Shown: piece by piece, positions 1 to 16,816 of the stretch
How the letters are laid out: each line of letters opens with the position of its first letter
Position numbering within the stretch: the first letter of the stretch is position 1
Origin: the human T2T-CHM13v2.0 reference genome, Homo sapiens
Reading direction: 5' to 3' (one strand)
NCBI RefSeq assembly: GCF_009914755.1
Contig: NC_060937.1
Length of the DNA: 64,000 nucleotides
The notes under the pieces: model-generated
Databases searched by the model: none
Told to the model about the DNA's origin: nothing
Seen by the model: only the letters and a program-made list of their open reading frames with translations
Made by a program: the position numbers and the translations under genes

Positions 1-1012
1 CTGAATTTATAATTGGGAAGTAGAAATTAAGAACATATGAAATAGTGCATAGACTCTACATCTACCCCTAGATAGAATAAAATTGAGGCATACATATAGA
101 TAGGTTTAGATAAATTGTCTTGAATTTCCTTATTTTTTCAGACTATAATAAATCTTCGACATGGTCAATTTAATAAATTCAGTATGATTTGTCAGATGTG
201 AGAAATAGACCAGGGCACAAAATCACTTTATATTTGAAGACAGGCATGAATTATGACTTGAATTTTGTGATATTTTTTTCAGAACTCACAAACAAGCAAT
301 GTGACAGACACGCAAGGTCAAGAAATATTACGGTGTGGATGAACTGGAAGGTCTGTAGTGTCAGCCTAGGCTCTGGAGGAGCCTAACCTCTCAGGGTTAT
401 TCCTTTGTAAGCTGGGGAGAGGTCACTCAGCATTTAAGTGTATGGATTATTGGTAAAAGAAAATGTAATTAAAGTCTGTCTTGTGAGCTGAAGATACAGC
501 CTTCAGACTAAAAAATCCTTACTAATCACAGTTCCAAAGCAGAGTGACAAAACGTTTTAAGCAGATTATGTTTGTATTAGTTACTTATTGGGCTTTGAGG
601 CCTACCTGAGATCTTCATACAACAGAACTAGCCATCCAACTTGGAGTGTTTTGTTTGCATAGGCTATTTCTTCAAAAATTAAAAAAGTACCCTTAATTCT
701 AGAATTTTGTACTTTATCTGAAACTCTTGCCATCTAATTTCTCCCCGCCTCCCGAGATTTTCCTAACTTAATAAAACACTGCTATGTATGTAGCATCTCC
801 ATTTCTTCAGTCAGTTCTTCTACATAAAGATGTTTTGACCTTGCAATAATCTTAGCTACAAAAATGTACATATATTTATGTAATGTAAACACCACAAACA
901 CAAAGCATCTTCAGTGTGCAAACCATTGTGTTAGACACTAGGAAACAATGAGCTAAATATATTTCTACATGTGCTATAAATTGGAAATGGAGTTTATAAT
1001 ACATTTATATAG

Positions 1013-1423
<411 letters not shown>

Positions 1424-2043
1424 TAGAATTTTGTCCATGTTTTTTTTTTCTCCTCAGTTTACATTAAATATACGGAATCTCCACCAGATGTCAGTATATG
1501 CATGCAAATATTTTACCTTGCGACAGAAGCGCCTACAAAGGCTTAGTTAGAAAGTACTCAAATAAGAAATGAATGCCTTTTATTTAAAGAACATTAAATT
1601 CTCTAATCACATTCACTCTATATATACTTCCTCACAGATTATTTAAAACCACGTTCTCCAAAGTTTTTAAGCCAGCCAAATACATATACTGTCCATTGAA
1701 GATTTTGTTCTCATACTTTATGCATAATAAGTGTTTACTGAAAGACACACAGCTAGACAATTATTCAGTTAATATTATTTGTATTATTATTAGTGAATCT
1801 ATATAATTGTATTTAATGAATTTGTGTACCTAAAACGTTACAAAGAATAATTTGAAAACCCAGTCAAAACAATAAGATTATTCTGTAAGATGACTAACTA
1901 CAATATTATTATGTATGTGTTAATTTTTACACACACCAGGTAAAAGCGATTAAAACTGTAAGGAAGAAAATGTGCCATTAAAAATAGAAAAAAAAAACAG
2001 CCTATAAAGTAGAAAAGGTGATATATGTTGTATCTACCTGAGG

Positions 2044-2103
2044 AATAATTAAAAACTTTTCTAGAAAGCATAAAATAATTAAAAACTTTACTAGAAAGCC
2101 TAA
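2044..2103. repeat. 30-bp tandem duplication
   Basis: aataattaaaaacttttctagaaagcataa / aataattaaaaactttactagaaagcctaa (28/30 identical). Confidence 0.9.
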
Positions 2104-3816
2104 AACCATACTAAAAATATTTGCAGAAAAGATGAGTCCCCGTGGGAAAAATGCTAATTTATCCTAGATAGCTGTATGTTTAACGGTATTCCAACTTGGA
2201 TACAATTAGATATTAGGAAAATTTTTTGCAATTTCACCAAAATTATATAAAATTCTATTTCGAGAGTGGTTTAACACTACTGTTACTAGAATTTATTATA
2301 AAGCTACAATCATTTTTTAAAAGGTAAGTATTAAGGAAGAATCCCCTCAATAGAAATAACTAGAATTCCTGAATTTACCCAAATGAGCAGTCTGATTTAG
2401 TAGATGATAAAAGTGGCTTATCAAATCACTGAACAAAATATATATTATTTAATAACATTTCTATATTAAATAAATATTCTCAGTACAACTAGCCTGTCAT
2501 AAAAAGAAATAAACACATAACTAAGTTTAATAAGAGTAAATACAATATAGTCATATGATGTTATGTTCTGGGAATATATTAAAAAAATTATGACAATGTT
2601 AGTTTTCAAGAGACATACTCCCTTAATCATTTTTCATGTTAATTTGCTGCTTTATAAGATTAAAAAATAAAACCATTAAAAATGGTATGCTTTCCAGACT
2701 CATTGGGAATACAGGCTATCAAAACATGAAGAAATAGATATAATGTTTAAAATGTAAAATACATGATAGTTTAATATAATTAATATGATATACAAAATAT
2801 AAATATAATAAGTCAATAAATGAAATAATGTAAAGTGATCAAGAAAATGAAGGCCTTAATTGTGATGAAAAACAAATAGAATCAATAATTGGGAAAGATA
2901 ATAATTTGTCATTAGTAAAAAAATTAAGTTATTCTTTCTAAGTTTTAGTAGTCAAAGTTTTGGTTATCTTCAGAATGATTTCGAAGGCAGTAAGATTTTA
3001 AGCCACCGACATTTTTCTATTCAGAACTTTTGCTACTCAATCTGCATTAACACCTTAATTCAGCTGGTGTGACTCATTTTGTTTTTCATGCAAACTTGTA
3101 TTCCCACTATGCATTAAGAACTGTGTCAAAAACACAGTAAAAATTTGTCTATAAAACAGGCATTTTTGCCTTAGGATTTACAGTTTTTGCACACCATGCA
3201 TTTAGATTTAAAAAACTGTAATAGAGAACCAATAACCAAAGCTTTCCATTAAAAAAAAAAAAACCTGTTTTCAAACTTAAACCTCGTGTTTAATGGAAAT
3301 ATTTTATTAAGTACTTTCCTTAGTCTTTAATCTCATTACTACCCCCCAGAAACCTGCAGCCTAGATATGTACTGCGATTTTTGTATCCTCTGTGAGTTTT
3401 ACCACCATCTCCTTTTCCATCCACACTCTATCCTCATCTATTGGCTCTTATCTTCTCTGCGAATAGGAATATTCTTTCTCTTTGCTGAAGCAGACATTTT
3501 CATCAGTGTCATAGATTCAAACTTCTCTCAACACTGCTGGGAAATTATTCCATCCATTTAACTCTAATCCTTGCATTATTTATATTTCTCACCACAAGAT
3601 ACACTTCTAGGGAAGAAAAAAATACTGTTTTCCAATTTCCAAACAATCTCTAACCTAAATATACTTGGGAATGATTGTATTTTCCTTCTTTTTCTGTTAA
3701 CTCCATACCTTCATTTTCTTACCCACTATTCATTTCCTATACTTTTTCCAGTATTTTCGTAATAATTATTTTGTATAAATTTGAATATAAGTTTAATATT
3801 GAATACCATGATAATA

Positions 3817-3843
3817 TGTGCGTGTGTGTGTGTGTGTGTGTGT
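3817..3843. repeat. (TG)n microsatellite
   Basis: Direct reading. Confidence 0.9.
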
Positions 3844-4029
3844 ATACTATTTTTCTGATCAAACAAGTGTTTCCATGCTCACACAGAAAAACTATTACCA
3901 GGAGGAGAGTTGAGTATAAAAAACGTGATTCAGATTTTAATTAAACAAAGGAAATAATTTTTTAAAATGCTATTAAGTGTAAATTGTATTTCTCTTAATA
4001 TGTAGTTAGTATTTAATCATTTCTATATA

Positions 4030-5280
<1,251 letters not shown>

Positions 5281-6259
5281 TACAGATTTTGCAGAAGCAA
5301 TTACAAAATTTAAAGGGATCCTTCATGGATAATATTTGTCACTGTCTGAGTTTGTTTTGCTTTTCAGTGTGAGTGGGTTAGGTGGTAGGGGGCATAATTC
5401 AAGTTATTCAATATTAGTTACACAACTCCTGGGCAAGACAAACATTAAATTGAGCAACTTAAAACAACTCTACTTTCAAAGAGAAAAATTTAGGTACTTT
5501 GTTTAGAAATCATTCAGGTAGTGTTTCAATCTCACAAACAGTTAAATTTTGTGTTAAAATTTATAAGAAATCAAGAGCCAAGAGTGTTAGGTGATTGGAA
5601 TTGGAGAGAGGTTATTTTTTCAGCTGTTTGGATTGCTGGTTGGATTTTGAGATGACATAAGGCAAAAAAAAAAAAAAAAAAAAAGGTCACATAAATTATA
5701 CAAGGAAGCCTCCAAGATAGATAGGAAATTTTCTGGTATGGTTTAGGGAAGACAATCAGCTAAGAGAAGTATGTGATTAAGATTTTGCCTCTAGGTTATA
5801 CAGTTTTCCAATAAAATATAACCCAATTAGATTCAAATTAAATAAAGAAAACTCTGTAGTCCTTCATGTTGCATCTTCTCAATTTTTCTTTAGTAAGTTT
5901 TATTATTTTTCAGTTATATTAATGATAACAAGCATTTTTTTCAAAAATACAACATATATAGCAAATCATATTCATGAAAAGGCCTTCTGATGTCTGTCAT
6001 CACTCATGAAAGTCAAATTATTTGGATTTAAAATCTTTGATTACAACATAATTTTTTTCCTGTTAAAACTTTGTTATTATATATCTAGGTATTTGTAAAT
6101 GCATAATGTCATTTCTGCTACAGAAGGGAAGGTAAGCAACGGTACACTTTGGTGGTTTTGTAAATAGCCTACATTTTCTGTTAGGCTATCTTGGTGATTA
6201 ATTCTTTTCACTGAAGTGTAAGGCTTTCAAATCGATGCAGGCCTACATTTAATCTCATG

Positions 6260-6385
6260 GTATGTCTCAGTTTTCTTATCATTTAAAGAAGGAAATCACA
6301 TATATTACAGTATCATTGTCAGAATAAAATAAAAATATAAAACACACAGAACAAATCTAACCACATAGTAGGTGATTAATAATAA
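6260..6385 (+). mobile_element. MIR fragment
   Basis: Degenerate MIR core ctcagttttcttatcatttaaa...cacatagtaggtgattaataa. Confidence 0.5.
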
Positions 6386-6424
6386 TTTAATAAATATTAT
6401 AGTAATAATATATAATACCAACCA

Positions 6425-6923
<499 letters not shown>

Positions 6924-7593
6924 GGTGTCTTAAAACACAGCCTTCGTGGATTATGAAAAAGACTGGCTTGTTTTCTGCCTGGTCTTGTCTTACCATTCTA
7001 AAGCAGCTGGCAAACATGGAAAAATATATGAAATATCTGTGAGTACATATTTAGGTGTGGAAGACCACCCTGCTACTTCTGAGCATGCTTAGTTCATTTA
7101 GTCTGTTTCAAACAAGTTCCATTAGCATGATAATTAATGAAAACTGTTTGGAGAGGTTAACAACAACTTAATTGTAAATATTCTAAAAAAAGTTATTTAA
7201 TTTTGTTTTCTAAGTAGGAGTTTCATCTTGGCCTTTATTGTATTTATTTGTTTTCTTTGCATGCTGTTAAATACATGTCAGATTTCTCTTGTTTGATGAT
7301 ATTTAAAATCAAAGGTATCAAAAGTATTTGTCTCATCATTCAGGTAAGAATTTATTCATTAAATAGCAATTTGATTAAAATGGTCATCACCTCTGCATGG
7401 AGTTTAGTCTCAATTAGAAGACACTTATTAAACAAGTATCTATGACTAATAAATATTTCAAAAGTGGAAACAGAGATACTCTGAAATTGAATGGTAGGAA
7501 AAAATTACCAAGTCTAGAGAAATCCAGGGAAAATATCTTTGAGAAAGTGAAAGTTCTATGGTCACTACACTTAGCAAGAATTAAAATGTTCCA

Positions 7594-8211
7594 TTCTAAA
7601 ATTTTCATGGTTTTAGGTCTTAGATTTAAGTCTTTGATCCATCTCGAGTTGATTTTTGTATAAAGTGAGAGAAGATGATCCAGTTTTATTCTTCTACATG
7701 TGGCTTGCCAATTATCCCAGCACCATTTGTTAAATAGGTTGCCCTTTCCCCACTTTATGTTTTTGTTTGCTTTGTTAAAGATCAGTTGGCTGTATTTGGC
7801 TTTATTTCTGGGTTCTTAATTCTGTTTCATTGGTCTATGTGCCTATTTTTATACCAGTACCATGCTGTTGTGGTAACTGTGGCCTCACTCCTGCAAGAAT
7901 GGCCATAATAAAAAACATATTAGATGTTGGCATGGATGTGCTGAAAGGGAACACTTTTACACTGTTGGTGGGGATGTAAACTAGTATAACCACTAATGGT
8001 GTGGAGAGTCTATAAAGAACTAAAAGTAGATCTATGATGTGATCCAGCAATCCCACTACTAGGTATCTATCCAGAGGAAAAGAAGTCATTATATGAAAAA
8101 GATACTTGTCCATGCATGTTTATAGAAGCACAATTTGCAATTGCGTGAATATGTAACCAGCCCAAATGCACATCAATCAATAAATGGATAAACAAAATGT
8201 GACATATATAT

Positions 8212-8247
<36 letters not shown>

Positions 8248-8619
8248 ATGGAATACTACTCAGCCATAAAGATGAAATAATGGCATTTAAAGCAACCTGG
8301 ATGGTATTGGAGACCATTATTCTAAGTGAAATAACTCAGGAATGGAAAAACAAACATCATATATTCTCACTTATAATTGGGAGCTAAGCTATGAGGACAC
8401 AAAGGCATAAGAATGATACAATGAAATTTGAAGACTCATGGGAAAGGGTGAGAGGTGGGTGAGGGATAAAAGACTACACATTGGGTACAGTGTACTCTGC
8501 TTGGGTGTTGGGTGCACCAAAAATCTCAGAAATCACCACTAAAGGACTTACTCATATAACCAAACACTACTGTTCCCCTAAAACCAATTGAAATAAAATT
8601 AAATTTTAAAAAAATGAAA
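7594..8619 (+). mobile_element. 5'-truncated L1PB-like element with 5' inversion (7594-7884 antisense)
   Basis: Antisense ORF2 segment joined at ~7885 to sense ORF2 end and 3'UTR (gagggataaaagactacacattgggtacagtgtac); TSD TAAAATGTTCCA at 7582 and 8620. Confidence 0.88.
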
Positions 8620-8630
8620 TAAAATGTTCC

Positions 8631-8915
8631 AGCCAGGTGCAGTGGCTCACCCCTGTAATCCCAGCCCTTTAGAAGGCCAGATGGGCAGATCACTTGAGGC
8701 CAGGAGTTCAAGACCAGACTGGGCAACATAGGGAGACACCTCTCTACAGAAGTTTGAATAATTTTTTTTTTAATGGAGGCATACATTGCAGTCCTAGACA
8801 CTTGGGAGGCTGAAGTAAGATCTCTTGAGACCAGGAGTTCCAGGCTGCAGTGAGCTCTGAGCACACCACTGCACTCCAACCTGGGTGACAGAGGGAGTTG
8901 CTGCCTCAAAAAAAA
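8631..8915 (+). mobile_element. AluJ
   Basis: Diverged Alu dimer with J-type positions (gggcaacataggg, ggagttccaggctgcagtgagct). Confidence 0.88.
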
Positions 8916-10326
8916 TTCCATTAATAAAAAAAAGAAGCAACACAATGAGAGAGATTAACTTCTAAGAACAATGGGAAGCTACTGAAAAATGTTAAACAGT
9001 GAAGTAGCATCAGTAATCTACATCATTGAAGAGTTTATTCCAGCTGCAATGTGAAAATAAATTAATGAATCAGAGTGCTTTTGTAATGCATTGCTTTAGC
9101 AACAAACAACTAACACAATTCAACTATACTTGTGGTTTAAGATCATTATAATTGATAAAGCATGTGTGTGTGTGTTTGCTTAACTGCAACTTGGTTAGAT
9201 TTCTTTAGGTAAATATTTCTTCTCACTACTGTTTATTTCTCACTACTGATGTCTCTCAGAGCCCTAACCCTCATTCCAATTGATAACTTTTATTTAAAGA
9301 TGCACCCTGTGATGCAAATGGGAACTAGAAAATGAAGCTTCTTCAACCAGCTTTATAAATATTACAAAAGCTCGTAGATGCAAAGGAAATACTGCTGAGC
9401 CAAGTAATGCTAAGTTAACTTTGTGAGAACTATTCTTCCTGCTCTAAGATTCTATTATTGGTCTTTGTATTATGCCTGTGTTGTATTTGAAGTTGTTAAA
9501 TACTACATGAAGAGTCTTATTGTACATGAAATCACATCTTTGTCTCCACCCACACTTAAAGTATAAATAGCTTACTGTTTTATTCTGAAACTCACTAAAT
9601 AGATAACACATGAAATAATCATATTTAAATATTTACTTTGTTCCCATGACAATGAAATGTTACCGTGTAGGGCTGGCTAGATATGTTAAACACAGGAGTT
9701 TCATTAAAGTGCCAAGTTCTGCCTCAATGGTGATATTATAGGGATAAGATCAAGGAAAGCATTTCCTACAAATGAACAACCCTTGCAGGTAGATTGCATA
9801 AACATTTGAAGCGGCTTTGAAAATTAAAATAAAGGGTATCTGATTTAAAAGAATATAAGATTATGAGATTTTTTCCCTCAGTCATGGTGAAAGTCGCCAT
9901 TATTACTGCATTTGAATTTGCCTTCCTATTCAAAAAAAAAAAAGTGAATGGATGCATTTTCCCGTCTTTATTTGTTGTTAACATATACGGTTTAACATTT
10001 TAAATCTTTTTAATGTGGTGTTCAAATAAAGCCACTTTTCTATGTCATGCTATTTTCTTTTGTAACAAGCAAATGTGAATTATCTGGCTGTGATTGTTTA
10101 TTCTTTCCTTTAGAGATTAGTGAAGTTAAAACACTTTTGTTTTTCCAAAAATATGGCTTCAGTGTTTTCGATTATTTAAATTTTATAGAGTCTTTGATTC
10201 CTGTGATCTCTTTTCCACATCAATTGGCCTAGGAAAATCAACTTCTGGTTTGCAACTCTACTCAAATGATATTGCATTTTTAAAGCCATTTGTGACCCAA
10301 GATGTTAAAAAAAAATTGTTCTTACC

Positions 10327-10780
<454 letters not shown>

Positions 10781-11229
10781 TTATACCACAGTATCTCTAG
10801 GCATATTGCATGTGCTTTCACATCCTCTTCATCTATTCTTCAATAGGCTTCTTGAAAGCTGTTTCTATGTCTTTACTTGTTTTTGTAGCCCTCAAACATG
10901 GGGCACATTTAAGTCACTAAATAATATGTAGAGCTTGAGTCTCAGCTCACACTGAAAGTAAATCACCCTGATCCCGATTTAGATTGTACAAATCTTCTGT
11001 GCAAATATTATAAAGATATAGTTGGTGAGTATAAGAACAATGTATGCCATGCTGCCCAGTAAAAAAAAAAAGAACATTGTTTTACATTTGATAACTTTTA
11101 TGTAAAAAATATGTAATTAATCAGTGTATATGAAAACTAACCTCTAACCTCTAATTCAGAAAATATCAATGTCAATCTTCCCCATATAATTGCTGAATGA
11201 GAGTATGGATGAGTATGTATGTATATATT

Positions 11230-11261
11230 TGTGTGCGTGCGTGTGTGTGTGTGTGTGTGTG
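11230..11261. repeat. (TG)n microsatellite
   Basis: Direct reading. Confidence 0.9.
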
Positions 11262-11404
11262 CATGTTTATAATTTTATTATAAAAATCCTCAAATGATCT
11301 TAGCAGTATGAATGATTGTTTATAGACAATGACAAGTACTTTTTCTAAATGGTTCTAGCAATTTACACTATCACCAATACATTGCAAGACTTTTTTATTT
11401 CATT

Positions 11405-11700
11405 GTTATTGTTTTTTTATTTTATTTATGTATTTATTTATTTTGAGACGGAGTCTCTATCACGACCTCAGCTCACTGCAACCTCTGCCTCCCGGGTTTG
11501 AGCAATTGTCCCTGCCTCAGACTCCTGAGTAGCTAGGATTATAGGTGCCTGCCACCACACCCGTCTAATTTTTGTATTTTTAGTAGAGATGGGTTTCCCC
11601 ATGTTGGCTAGGCTGATCTTGAACTCCTGACCTTAGGCGATCTGCTTGCCTCAGCCTTCCAAAGTGCTGGGATTACAGGTGTGAGCCACCATACCCGGCC
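11405..11700 (-). mobile_element. AluS with a short (~25-30 bp) deletion in the right arm
   Basis: gagacggagtctctatcacgacctcagctcac lacks the gcccaggctggagtgcagtgg segment. Confidence 0.9.
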
Positions 11701-12877
11701 AAAACTTTCTTTTACTCTGCATCTTCCATAACCCTATCCAAGGGGGAGTGCAAGCCTCTGTAAATCTGGCTGAAAAACTGCCCATCCCATTTAATGAGTC
11801 CAAAGGTGTTGGTTGGTAGTAAAGGTAGTATTAAAGAGATCTTTTTGATATCAGGCACAGCTGTAGTATCCTATAATAACAAACATAACATAATGTTTAT
11901 ATTTTGTTCTCTGTCTTATCCTGTGTCTACTTCCTCATTGTTTGAAAACTTCAATTTTTAGGAGTATGTGCAAAACTATCACCTTCAGACTCTAAAATAT
12001 GGGGCTTTGGCAAGGAAACTTTGAGAAATTGGCAAAAGGAGTGGCATTTTGGGACCAAAATACCCCATGGTGAGAGCTAGCCTCTTGATGCAGCTGTCAC
12101 AGCAGGTGTGTGAAGGCAGGTGAATGTTTGTAAGAGGTGCAGGCTGGAGCAAAGCAAGGTGCACGCCTTGCGTGAACAGATTATACAGATCTCTGTGTCC
12201 AAAAATCCTCAGCACTTGGCCACAGCTGGGACTGCAGGTATGGGGAATAGATAAGGCAGCATTTTGATGACCAGAAAAAAAAAATGTTTTTAATGTAAGA
12301 TGAGGCTCACCTCAAAAGTGACAGAGTTTCAGTGTATGTGAATTTCAGCCATTGCTGCGTTGAACAATTTTTACTTATTTATTTTCTTTCTCAGTTGGGA
12401 CTGCAGTATTGGGTTAAAACCATAAATACGGCTAAAGTTGGCACCAACTACAAAACAATTTCATGTTATATTTTGGCCTTAAAATTGTTAGTGCCAGATG
12501 TGGATAAGCAAGATTAGACTGATTGCTTAAAATTCTATTTCTTTTCATTTTAAAAAATGTTTTGTTATAGAGCAGTTTGTTATGTAAAGCATGTACCACA
12601 AAAGGAACAAACGTATGGTTCATGTAATTCATGACACATGACACTTGGTAATAAAATGAACACCCCTAAATTCACCATACACTTGACAACAAAACATTGC
12701 CCCAAAAAACCCCAATCACATGTGTGCACTATGGTTATCTCATTTTCCTGCTTGAATTTCAGATGTCATTCCCTGGCCTTCTTTTATTATTTTATACTGT
12801 GTGTGACTATGTACTCATATGTGCATATCTAGTTAACACATTTAATATTTATCACATTTTAGAGCCTTATAAAATAG

Positions 12878-13210
<333 letters not shown>

Positions 13211-13430
13211 TGAAACTTGTTTTTTAAATAAATTTCTTTCTAGAATTAATCTATGTCATCATTACAACACCAATTTATCTTTCTTCAATCTTTATAATGT
13301 TCCATTTGGTAAATATATGACAATTTATTTATGCTTGTCCTGTTGATAGACATTATTTCCAAATTTTTGTTATTATGAATAATTTTGCATATTACAATTC
13401 TTGAGTATTGGTCTTTATAATGTGCAAGAC

Positions 13431-13806
13431 TGTATTAGTCCATTATTGCATTGCCATAAATAACTACTTGGGACTGGGTAATTTATAAAGAAAAGAGGTT
13501 TAGTTGGCTTATGGTTCTGCATGGCATACAGGTTCTGGGGAGGCCTCAGGAAACTTACAATCATGGCAAAAGGTGAGGGGAAGTAGGCAACGTTTTACAT
13601 GCCAGGGTAGGTTGAAGAGTGGGGAGGGTGCTACACACTTTTAAACAACCAGATCTCATGAGAACTCACTCACTATCATGAGAACAGCAACCAGGAAATA
13701 TGCCCAGTTCATCTAATCACCTTGGTCTAATCACCTCCCACCAGCCCTGTCCTCCAACACTGGGGATTACATGAGATTTGGGTGGGGACACAAATCCAAA
13801 CCATCA
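13431..13806 (-). mobile_element. MSTA/THE1-type MaLR solo LTR
   Basis: tgtattagtcc...gggtaatttataaagaaaagaggttta...ccaaaccatca termini. Confidence 0.88.
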
Positions 13807-14202
13807 TGAAGATTTTATGTAGGTTCTATTCCTAGGAATGGAACGACTGAAGGGTACATGTTGAAATTTATATAATAATGCCAAATTATTCTTCATAGTG
13901 TTTGTAACAATTTAACCTCCACTAACATATAAAAGTTTTTCTTGTTCCATTCTCTCACTAATTTATATTTTCACACTTGTCAACTTCTGTTACACTCCTT
14001 TAATGTAAAACTTGACAACACTATCGTTTTTATTTTAATGATTACTACAAAGATTGACAATTTTAAACAATAGTTTAAATCCAGGATTGGTTTTCTTGTA
14101 TTTTCCATTTATTTTACTTACTTTTTTTCTCTTAATTTTTTAACTTAGATTTTTGCTGATTTTTATGGTGGGTTTATTACACTTTATTTGTTTCTAGTTT
14201 AA

Positions 14203-14524
<322 letters not shown>

Positions 14525-15354
14525 CCCAGATTGTCTTTAAATGTAACATTGAAATGTATACTTTTCACTTTTATGTTTGTATCTGTTGCCAAAAAAAGTC
14601 TTCATTTTAATGCAGTCTGATTTTCAGTCTTTTCTAATATTATAGTCATATTTTTCTTTAGTTCCTTTCCTTTTTTCATTTATGTCTGCTTTTTAAAATA
14701 TATCTAGAATTAAATAATGTGAATGATGTAATGAGTACCAAGTCTACATTTTTCTACAAATTAACCATTGAGCTAGTCACTTTTATTGATCTAATTTTTC
14801 TATTCTTAGTAATCTTCAATATAATTTCTGCAACATACCATACCAACTTTCCGTAGTTGTGTACTGTTTTAATTTCTTTTTTCTTTTTTTTTTCTAATTT
14901 ACACAATCTTCTTTACTAGAGCTTTGTAACAAATACTGATACCCAATCATACAAGTACCCTAACATATTTCTTCTTATAAGAATTATTTTGAAATTCCTC
15001 TGGAGCTCTGTGTTTTTTTATGTAGCAGCATCTTATTAAGTTCCTTGGAAAATCACTTTGCAATTTTGGTTGGAATGATATTTTGAACATATTTGTATCA
15101 TTTCAATTATTAGAATCTTCTGCTTTTACTAGATTTATTTCTAAAAACCACATATATTTTGGTGTCACTGAAACTCATGTTTCTTATTAACTTTTCTTTT
15201 GCTGATTGGGCATAAAATAAAATTAATTTTTGTTTATTGATACTTTATCCAGCAACTTTGTTAAACTTTTCTAGTATCCATAATAAGGTATCTATAAATT
15301 ATTTTCTATTTTTTTGTGTGGCAATTTGTATACTATGTAGTAATGACAGGTAGA

Positions 15355-15558
15355 TTTATGGACTGAATATTTGTGATTTACCTATCACCCCCGAATTCAT
15401 ATGTTGAAGCGCTAACCCCCAGAGTATGGCTGTATTAGAAAATGAAAGTAAGAAACTAATTAAGGCTAAATTCAATCATAAAGGTTGGCCCCTGATCTGA
15501 TAGGATTCATATCCTTATAAGAAAAGACATCAGAGAATTGCTCTTAGTTTCAGGCTCC

Positions 15559-15625
<67 letters not shown>

Positions 15626-15882
15626 TATATATATATATATATGCATATATATATATATATATATATGCATATATATATATATGCAAGCACAGAGGGAAAG
15701 CCATGTGAGGACATGGCAAGAAAGCAACCACCTGCAAGCCACGAGAATCTTCCCGAGAAACCTACCCTGCCATACTTTAACCTAGGACTTTTGGTATCCA
15801 TCACTGTAAGAAAATAAATTGCTATCGTTTAAAGCACCGAGCCTATTATATTTTGTTATGGCAACCTTATCAGACTAATGTA
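15355..15882 (+). mobile_element. MLT1A-type MaLR LTR containing a compound microsatellite
   Basis: tatggactgaatatttgtg...aattcatatgttgaagcgctaaccccc...tttgttatggcaaccttatcagactaat. Confidence 0.8.
15560..15683. repeat. (CT)n(AT)n compound microsatellite with GC interruptions
   Basis: Direct reading. Confidence 0.95.
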
Positions 15883-16137
15883 GGTATATTTTTTACCTTC
15901 TAATACTTATTTAATCATAATTGTTTTGTCTTTAGTCAGAACTAACTGCACAAAACTAAATGGAGTCTTACAGTTGGCCATTATTTTCTGTTAACAGGGC
16001 TCTTACAATGTTTTTCTCATTCTGCATATCAAAACCTGGGGGTAAAATTAGTCTGTTAATGCTAGAACAAACTTCTCTGAGTTAATATTAACCAAAACCT
16101 TGTATATTGTTAAAATCTCTATATTTTAATTACTGTT

Positions 16138-16551
16138 TAAAATGGTTTGCATATTTATTCCCTCCAAATCTCTTGTTGAAAAGTGATTCCCAATGTTGGA
16201 GCTGGGGCCTGGTGGGAGGTGATGGAATCATGGAAGGTGAGTCCATCATGATTGGATTAGCACCAATCCCTTGGCGATAAGTGAGTTCTCACTCGGTATG
16301 CATTAGATTTGGTTGTTTCAGAGTCTGGGAACTCTCTGCTCCCTCTCTTGCTCTGTGTCTCACTATATAGCATGCTGGTTGCCCTTAGCCTTCCACCATG
16401 ATTGTAAGCTTCTTGGGGCCCTTGCCAGAGGCAAATATTGGCACCACACTTTCTGTACAGCCTGAAGAACTGTGAGCCAAAATAAACCTTTTTTCCTTAA
16501 TTACCCAGTTTCAGGTATTTCTCTATAGCGATGCAAGAGCAGATTAACATA
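16138..16551 (+). mobile_element. MSTB-type MaLR solo LTR
   Basis: atggtttgcatatttattccctccaaatctcttgttgaaa...cagcctgaagaactgtgagccaaaataaacc...ttacccagtttcaggtatttc. Confidence 0.85.
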
Positions 16552-16816
16552 ACATCTTTATTTTTATTTGCTTTACCTATCAATATTAAAAATAAGTGTA
16601 TGGAAATTTTCTGATATCATGTAGCATTGTCAGATATGCCCTGTCATTTTATTCATTGTTGCTTTACATATTTTGAGGTTATTTTATTATATGCCTACAA
16701 CTTGTTTATATATTTTTGTATTGTTCTGGTGCATTTTGTAAGGACAAACAATTATAAAATTAAAAAAAGGATATTTAGTTCTCTTTGTTGAAAATTGAAA
16801 AAAAAAGATTTTCCTT

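Noticed and set aside
5664-5684. Isolated A21 tract as an extreme 5'-truncated retroinsertion
   Set aside because: Only a weak flanking similarity (acataa); slippage explains it equally well
7200-7350. Possible exon ending at CAG|GTAAGA (~7343)
   Set aside because: Isolated splice-like motifs are common; no coherent reading frame or partner exons
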